Source of the DNA: a virus
Taxonomy: Duplodnaviria > Caudoviricetes
Strand: one strand, 5' to 3'
DNA length: 61,835 bases
Virus record (IMG/VR): IMGVR_UViG_3300044638_003544
Span: 1 to 61,835 of that record
Shown piece by piece: positions 59,066 to 61,835 of this stretch. Every line of letters begins with the position of its first letter. The stretch's first letter is position 1. Both the position numbers and the translations under genes were made by a program. The notes below the pieces were generated by a model that saw nothing but the letters and a program-made list of their open reading frames with translations, searched no databases and was not told where the DNA came from.

Positions 59066-59214
59066 TGAGTCAAATGAAAGATTTATACGGTATTTTAACA
59101 GAGTGGTATCCAGATGGAAACTACACAGAAGAACAATTGTGGGAAGCAATTGCAGAATCACAAGGTATGGACTATGCAGAAATTGCAGACGGAGATTTAG
59201 CAGAATGGCTCTAG
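59065..59214 (+). CDS. 49-aa acidic protein
   Basis: MSQMKDLYGILTEWYPDGNYTEEQLWEAIAESQG...; TAATG coupling. Confidence 0.65.
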   Translation: MSQMKDLYGILTEWYPDGNYTEEQLWEAIAESQGMDYAEIADGDLAEWL

Positions 59215-59312
59215 CACTAGCATTTACCGCAGGAATATTTGCAGGTATCATAATCGTAGGAATTGTTCTAAACCTAACCATACTAAAACAAGATGATTGG
59301 TACAAGAGATGA
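59205..59312 (+). CDS. 35-aa single-TM microprotein
   Basis: MALALAFTAGIFAGIIIVGIVLNLTILKQDDWYKR; GGAG upstream. Confidence 0.55.
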   Translation: MALALAFTAGIFAGIIIVGIVLNLTILKQDDWYKR

Positions 59313-59431
59313 AACTATTTAATCGTAAGCAAGAAATGTCAGACCCATACGCTATACTAGACAAGTTGATGTCAGAAATGGCATCAAATAAAACATACAT
59401 TGAATACCTGCGCCTAAGAGAAAGTGTATAG
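59309..59431 (+). CDS. 40-aa hypothetical protein (contains a promoter motif)
   Basis: MKLFNRKQEMSDPYAILDKLMSEM...; ATGA overlap. Confidence 0.5.
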   Translation: MKLFNRKQEMSDPYAILDKLMSEMASNKTYIEYLRLRESV

Positions 59432-59563
59432 TTGGAAATCTTTTTATTTATTGTAATTGTGTTATTCTTATTTGGAGTCTTATCTGCCAATGGTATTGGT
59501 GAGGGAGACCCAAAACATACTCACGAAGACAAGGGAGAAAATTTTGATGATTACAGACTATAA
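59432..59563 (+). CDS. 43-aa single-TM microprotein
   Basis: TTG start, MEIFLFIVIVLFLFGVLSANGIGEGDP...; paralogue of 54390-54455. Confidence 0.6.
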   Translation: MEIFLFIVIVLFLFGVLSANGIGEGDPKHTHEDKGENFDDYRL

Positions 59564-59762
59564 AGAAATAGATAGACTGGTTGGAATGACAATTGAGCCT
59601 GGCGATATGGTAAAGCTTCCCAACAATGATATTGTTACCATTACTCGCACAGAGCCAACGCAAGATGGATATGATTTATTCTTCTTAGATTTATTTGAAG
59701 ATGATGAGTTGTGCTATTCTCTATCCGATGATGATTGTGTATCACTTCTTCAGTTTGACTGA
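59547..59762 (+). CDS. Hypothetical protein
   Basis: Start moved to ATG 59547 after GGGAG; IEPGDMVK. Confidence 0.7.
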   Translation: MITDYKEIDRLVGMTIEPGDMVKLPNNDIVTITRTEPTQDGYDLFFLDLFEDDELCYSLSDDDCVSLLQFD

Positions 59763-59806
59763 GGAAGTGCCCGCCCCAATTTTAAAGCTTTGTCAAGTCT
59801 TACGAA

Positions 59807-59822
59807 TGTGATTAGGATCACA
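59807..59822. promoter_or_regulatory. CRP/GlxR-type box
   Basis: TGTGA-TTAGGA-TCACA, perfect consensus. Confidence 0.7.
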
Positions 59823-59906
59823 CTGAAATTATCACGGAAACCTAATAAATTGTCAGACCCGTATGCTAAGATGTTACCATAACAACAACAAAGAAAAGAG
59901 AAGCAA

Positions 59907-60062
59907 ATGGATAAAATCCAAACACCAACTGTTGGCTCACAGTTCACAACTGCTAAGTCAGGCGTAACTGGCACAGTTCAGGAAATCATCAAGAATCAGA
60001 ATGGTACTTTGCGTATCAAACTTGATGTAAACGGTCAAGACCGTTGGACTACTGTTAAGTAG
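59907..60062 (+). CDS. 51-aa SH3/KOW-like small beta protein
   Basis: MDKIQTPTVGSQFTTAKSGVTGTVQEII...RWTTVK. Confidence 0.75.
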   Translation: MDKIQTPTVGSQFTTAKSGVTGTVQEIIKNQNGTLRIKLDVNGQDRWTTVK

Positions 60063-60074
60063 TTAAATAAGTTT

Positions 60075-60107
60075 AGGTGGGGTGTTCCTTACCCTTGCAC
60101 CCCACCT
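60075..60107 (+). terminator. GC-rich stem-loop
   Basis: AGGTGGGGTG / CACCCCACCT, 10-bp stem; no clear U-tail. Confidence 0.55.
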
Positions 60108-60165
60108 TAAAACTGTCAGACCTCTCTGCTAAGATAAACTTACCTACAAAAGAAAGAAGAAAACT

Positions 60166-60642
60166 ATGGGACTAGATATGTACCTTCGTGCAAGCGAATA
60201 CGTTTACCGTCACAACTTTAATCGTCAAACTGATGAAGACACGATTAACCCAATCTTTAATGAGATTGTTAAGAATCTTGAATTAGAAGATGTAATTGAC
60301 AGTTCTGGCTTTGCTGGAATTACTGTTGATGTACCAATGGGCTACTGGCGTAAGTCAAATATGATTCATCATTGGTTTGTAAATAACTTAGCAGATGGTG
60401 TTGATGAATGTCAGCCAATCATTGTTCGTAGAGAAGATTTAGAGCAGTTGAAAGAAACCTGCATTGAAGTAATTGCTAATCCAGAATCAGCAGAAGAATT
60501 ATTACCAACAGGTAGTGGATTCTTCTTTGGCTCTACTGACTATGATGAATATTACTTTGGAGATTTGAATGATACTTTAGGCATTATCACTAGATGCCTT
60601 GAAAGTAAATTCGACTATTTTGAGTATCAAGCCTCTTGGTAG
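60166..60642 (+). CDS. Conserved phage protein (MGLDMY / YWRK.N.IH.WF type)
   Basis: MGLDMYL, YWRKSNMIHHWFV, LLPT..GFFFG...YD, YQASW. Confidence 0.85.
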   Translation: MGLDMYLRASEYVYRHNFNRQTDEDTINPIFNEIVKNLELEDVIDSSGFAGITVDVPMGYWRKSNMIHHWFVNNLADGVDECQPIIVRREDLEQLKETCIEVIANPESAEELLPTGSGFFFGSTDYDEYYFGDLNDTLGIITRCLESKFDYFEYQASW

Positions 60643-60698
60643 TAGGTTACATCCGAAACCAAAACCTGCCACAGCCACGCAGGTAAAATAAAGGGGAC

Positions 60699-60734
60699 AG
60701 TCCTAAGCACCATACTCAGACTATAAACTGCTTA
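60699..60734 (+). ncRNA. Candidate H-type pseudoknot directly 5' of the tRNA
   Basis: AGTC/GACT crossed with TAAGCA/TGCTTA. Confidence 0.4.
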
Positions 60735-60737
60735 CCT

Positions 60738-60811
60738 GGTCTGTTAGCTCAATTGGTTAGAGCACTACCCTGTCACGGTAGAGGTTGTGGGTTCAAGTCC
60801 CATACAGATCG
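60738..60811 (+). tRNA. tRNA-Asp (GTC), CCA not encoded
   Basis: Acceptor GGTCTGT/ACAGATC, D-arm GCTC/GAGC, anticodon arm CTACC-CTGTCAC-GGTAG, T-arm GTGGG-TTCAAGT-CCCAT, discriminator G. Confidence 0.93.
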
Positions 60812-60941
60812 CAAAAAGGTGCCCGCCCAATTTTCAAGATTTGTCAAGCTTTAAGACATTACTACAAGGTCACGGGAATCACTGAAAAATGTCACACCTC
60901 TGTGGTATGATTTCATCATAACCTACTAGAAAGAAGTTAAA

Positions 60942-61709
60942 ATGCCAAACTGGGTATTCAATTCACTTGTTGTATCAGGTGAGCAATCAGAATTAGATAA
61001 GATGGTTGAGCAATTAAATCAACCGTTCACTATGCACCATCCTGTTCATAAATTTGTTGATGGCAAATACACACAGGTTGCTGACTTTGAAGAATACAAT
61101 AATCCTGTCTTTGCTTTTTGGAACATTGTAAAACCAACAGACCTTAAATCATACTATGAAAAAGAAGTCTTTACTAAGAAGCAACTTGATGGTGAAGAAT
61201 TTATGGCAGAGTTTGTTCGCTCTATGAGAGAAGACCAAGACTGGTATCACTGGAACTGCCGTAACTGGGGAACTAAGTGGGACGTAGCAGTGTCTAATGA
61301 CAATGAGTATCCTAACACTATTAAAACAGTTAATGATGATGGTTCTATCTTGTACCAGTTTGAAACCGCTTGGTCTCCTGTTGGTGAGGCTCTACTAAAA
61401 CTATCAGAACAGTACCCAACTCTTGAGTTTGACTATGAGTATGAGGAAGAGCAAGGATGGGGTGGTAGTTGCACATTCTTGGGTGGAGAAGAGACTCGCT
61501 CTGATGAGTATGACATTCCAATGTCTCACGCTGACTACAAGGATAGAGATAAAGAATGTATCTGTGAGTACGGAGACCCTGAAAACGGGTATGAAGATTG
61601 CCCTGTGGATACCACTAAATTCAAGTGGGATTCAGAACTAGAGGAATGGGTAGAATTGTCAGACCTCTCTGATACACTAGTTTCAACAAACAACCTACAA
61701 GGAGAATAA
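60942..61709 (+). CDS. DUF1281/YubB-like ferredoxin-fold protein
   Basis: MPNW..N.L.V.G, WY.WN..NWGTKWD, FETAWSP. Confidence 0.8.
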   Translation: MPNWVFNSLVVSGEQSELDKMVEQLNQPFTMHHPVHKFVDGKYTQVADFEEYNNPVFAFWNIVKPTDLKSYYEKEVFTKKQLDGEEFMAEFVRSMREDQDWYHWNCRNWGTKWDVAVSNDNEYPNTIKTVNDDGSILYQFETAWSPVGEALLKLSEQYPTLEFDYEYEEEQGWGGSCTFLGGEETRSDEYDIPMSHADYKDRDKECICEYGDPENGYEDCPVDTTKFKWDSELEEWVELSDLSDTLVSTNNLQGE

Positions 61710-61711
61710 AC

Positions 61712-61835
61712 GTGGAATTCACAACAAGTGAGCCAACATTCGGAATACCAGCAACTATAACACCAATGACAGACCAAGTGGCAGTAACACCAGCGTATGA
61801 CCCAAAGGCAACTATCTTAGTACGCAAGGGCTACT
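61712..61835 (+). CDS. Hypothetical protein (truncated by window edge)
   Basis: GTG after AAGGAG, downstream of motif 61657. Confidence 0.65.
   Translation, partial: MEFTTSEPTFGIPATITPMTDQVAVTPAYDPKATILVRKGY

Larger units (their letters stand above)
54900..60848. repeat. Bipartite boundary repeat CCCGCCC(C)-N13-TGTCAAG
   Basis: Copies at 54900, 56935, 59770, 60822; inverted-GC variant 58042-58071; GC box alone at 56281. Confidence 0.8.
54796..61678. promoter_or_regulatory. Dispersed promoter-core repeat TGTCAG-N7-TGnTAnnnT, 13 copies
   Basis: Plus-strand 22-mers start at 54981, 55168, 55562, 56399, 57004, 58111, 58562, 59337, 59851, 60114, 60890, 61657; a divergent minus copy lies at 54817-54796. 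Confidence 0.88.

Noticed and set aside
60738-60830. tRNA-Asp as an attP / prophage boundary
   Set aside because: No integrase is visible and phage-type genes and promoter motifs continue on both sides.
54981-61678. TGTCAGACC repeats as a CRISPR array
   Set aside because: Spacing is irregular (about 190-1100 bp), the intervening DNA is coding, the repeats contain -10 elements, and no cas genes are present.

Overview
This is a 61.8-kb fragment of an AT-rich tailed dsDNA phage (siphovirus-type). The host is most likely a low-GC actinobacterium. That is an inference from an actinobacterial-type IF2 N-terminal domain, a TTGTCCACA DnaA box and many leaderless starts. The left ~54 kb is almost all minus strand. 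It holds a replication module (probable RecA-like fragment, MazG-like, DnaE, SSB, primase, DnaB, metallophosphoesterase, HNH) and a large tail/head module (fibres, tape measure with M23 peptidase, -1 frameshifted tail chaperone, tail tube, connectors, capsid, protease/scaffold, portal). It also holds a class II RNR, a GT4 glycosyltransferase, holin-like genes and Hsp20 with a ROSE-like leader. I recognised no terminase, endolysin or integrase. The right ~7 kb is a mostly plus-strand array of small, probably early genes (including a stand-alone IF2-N domain, a Gp88-like Fe-S protein, an ArfA-like peptide and tRNA-Asp). The most striking signal is its regulatory architecture. Thirteen copies of a non-canonical promoter core (TGTCAG-N7-TGnTAnnnT) occur there. 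Four of them have a host-type operator starting exactly 44 bp upstream: two perfect CRP boxes and two PHO/OmpR-type 11-bp direct repeats. The region also has three DnaA-box clusters and a fixed-spacing CCCGCCC-N13-TGTCAAG element at operon boundaries. This looks like a modular system wiring early phage operons to host physiological sensors, and it is untested. All protein calls come from motif recognition by eye; no searches were run.
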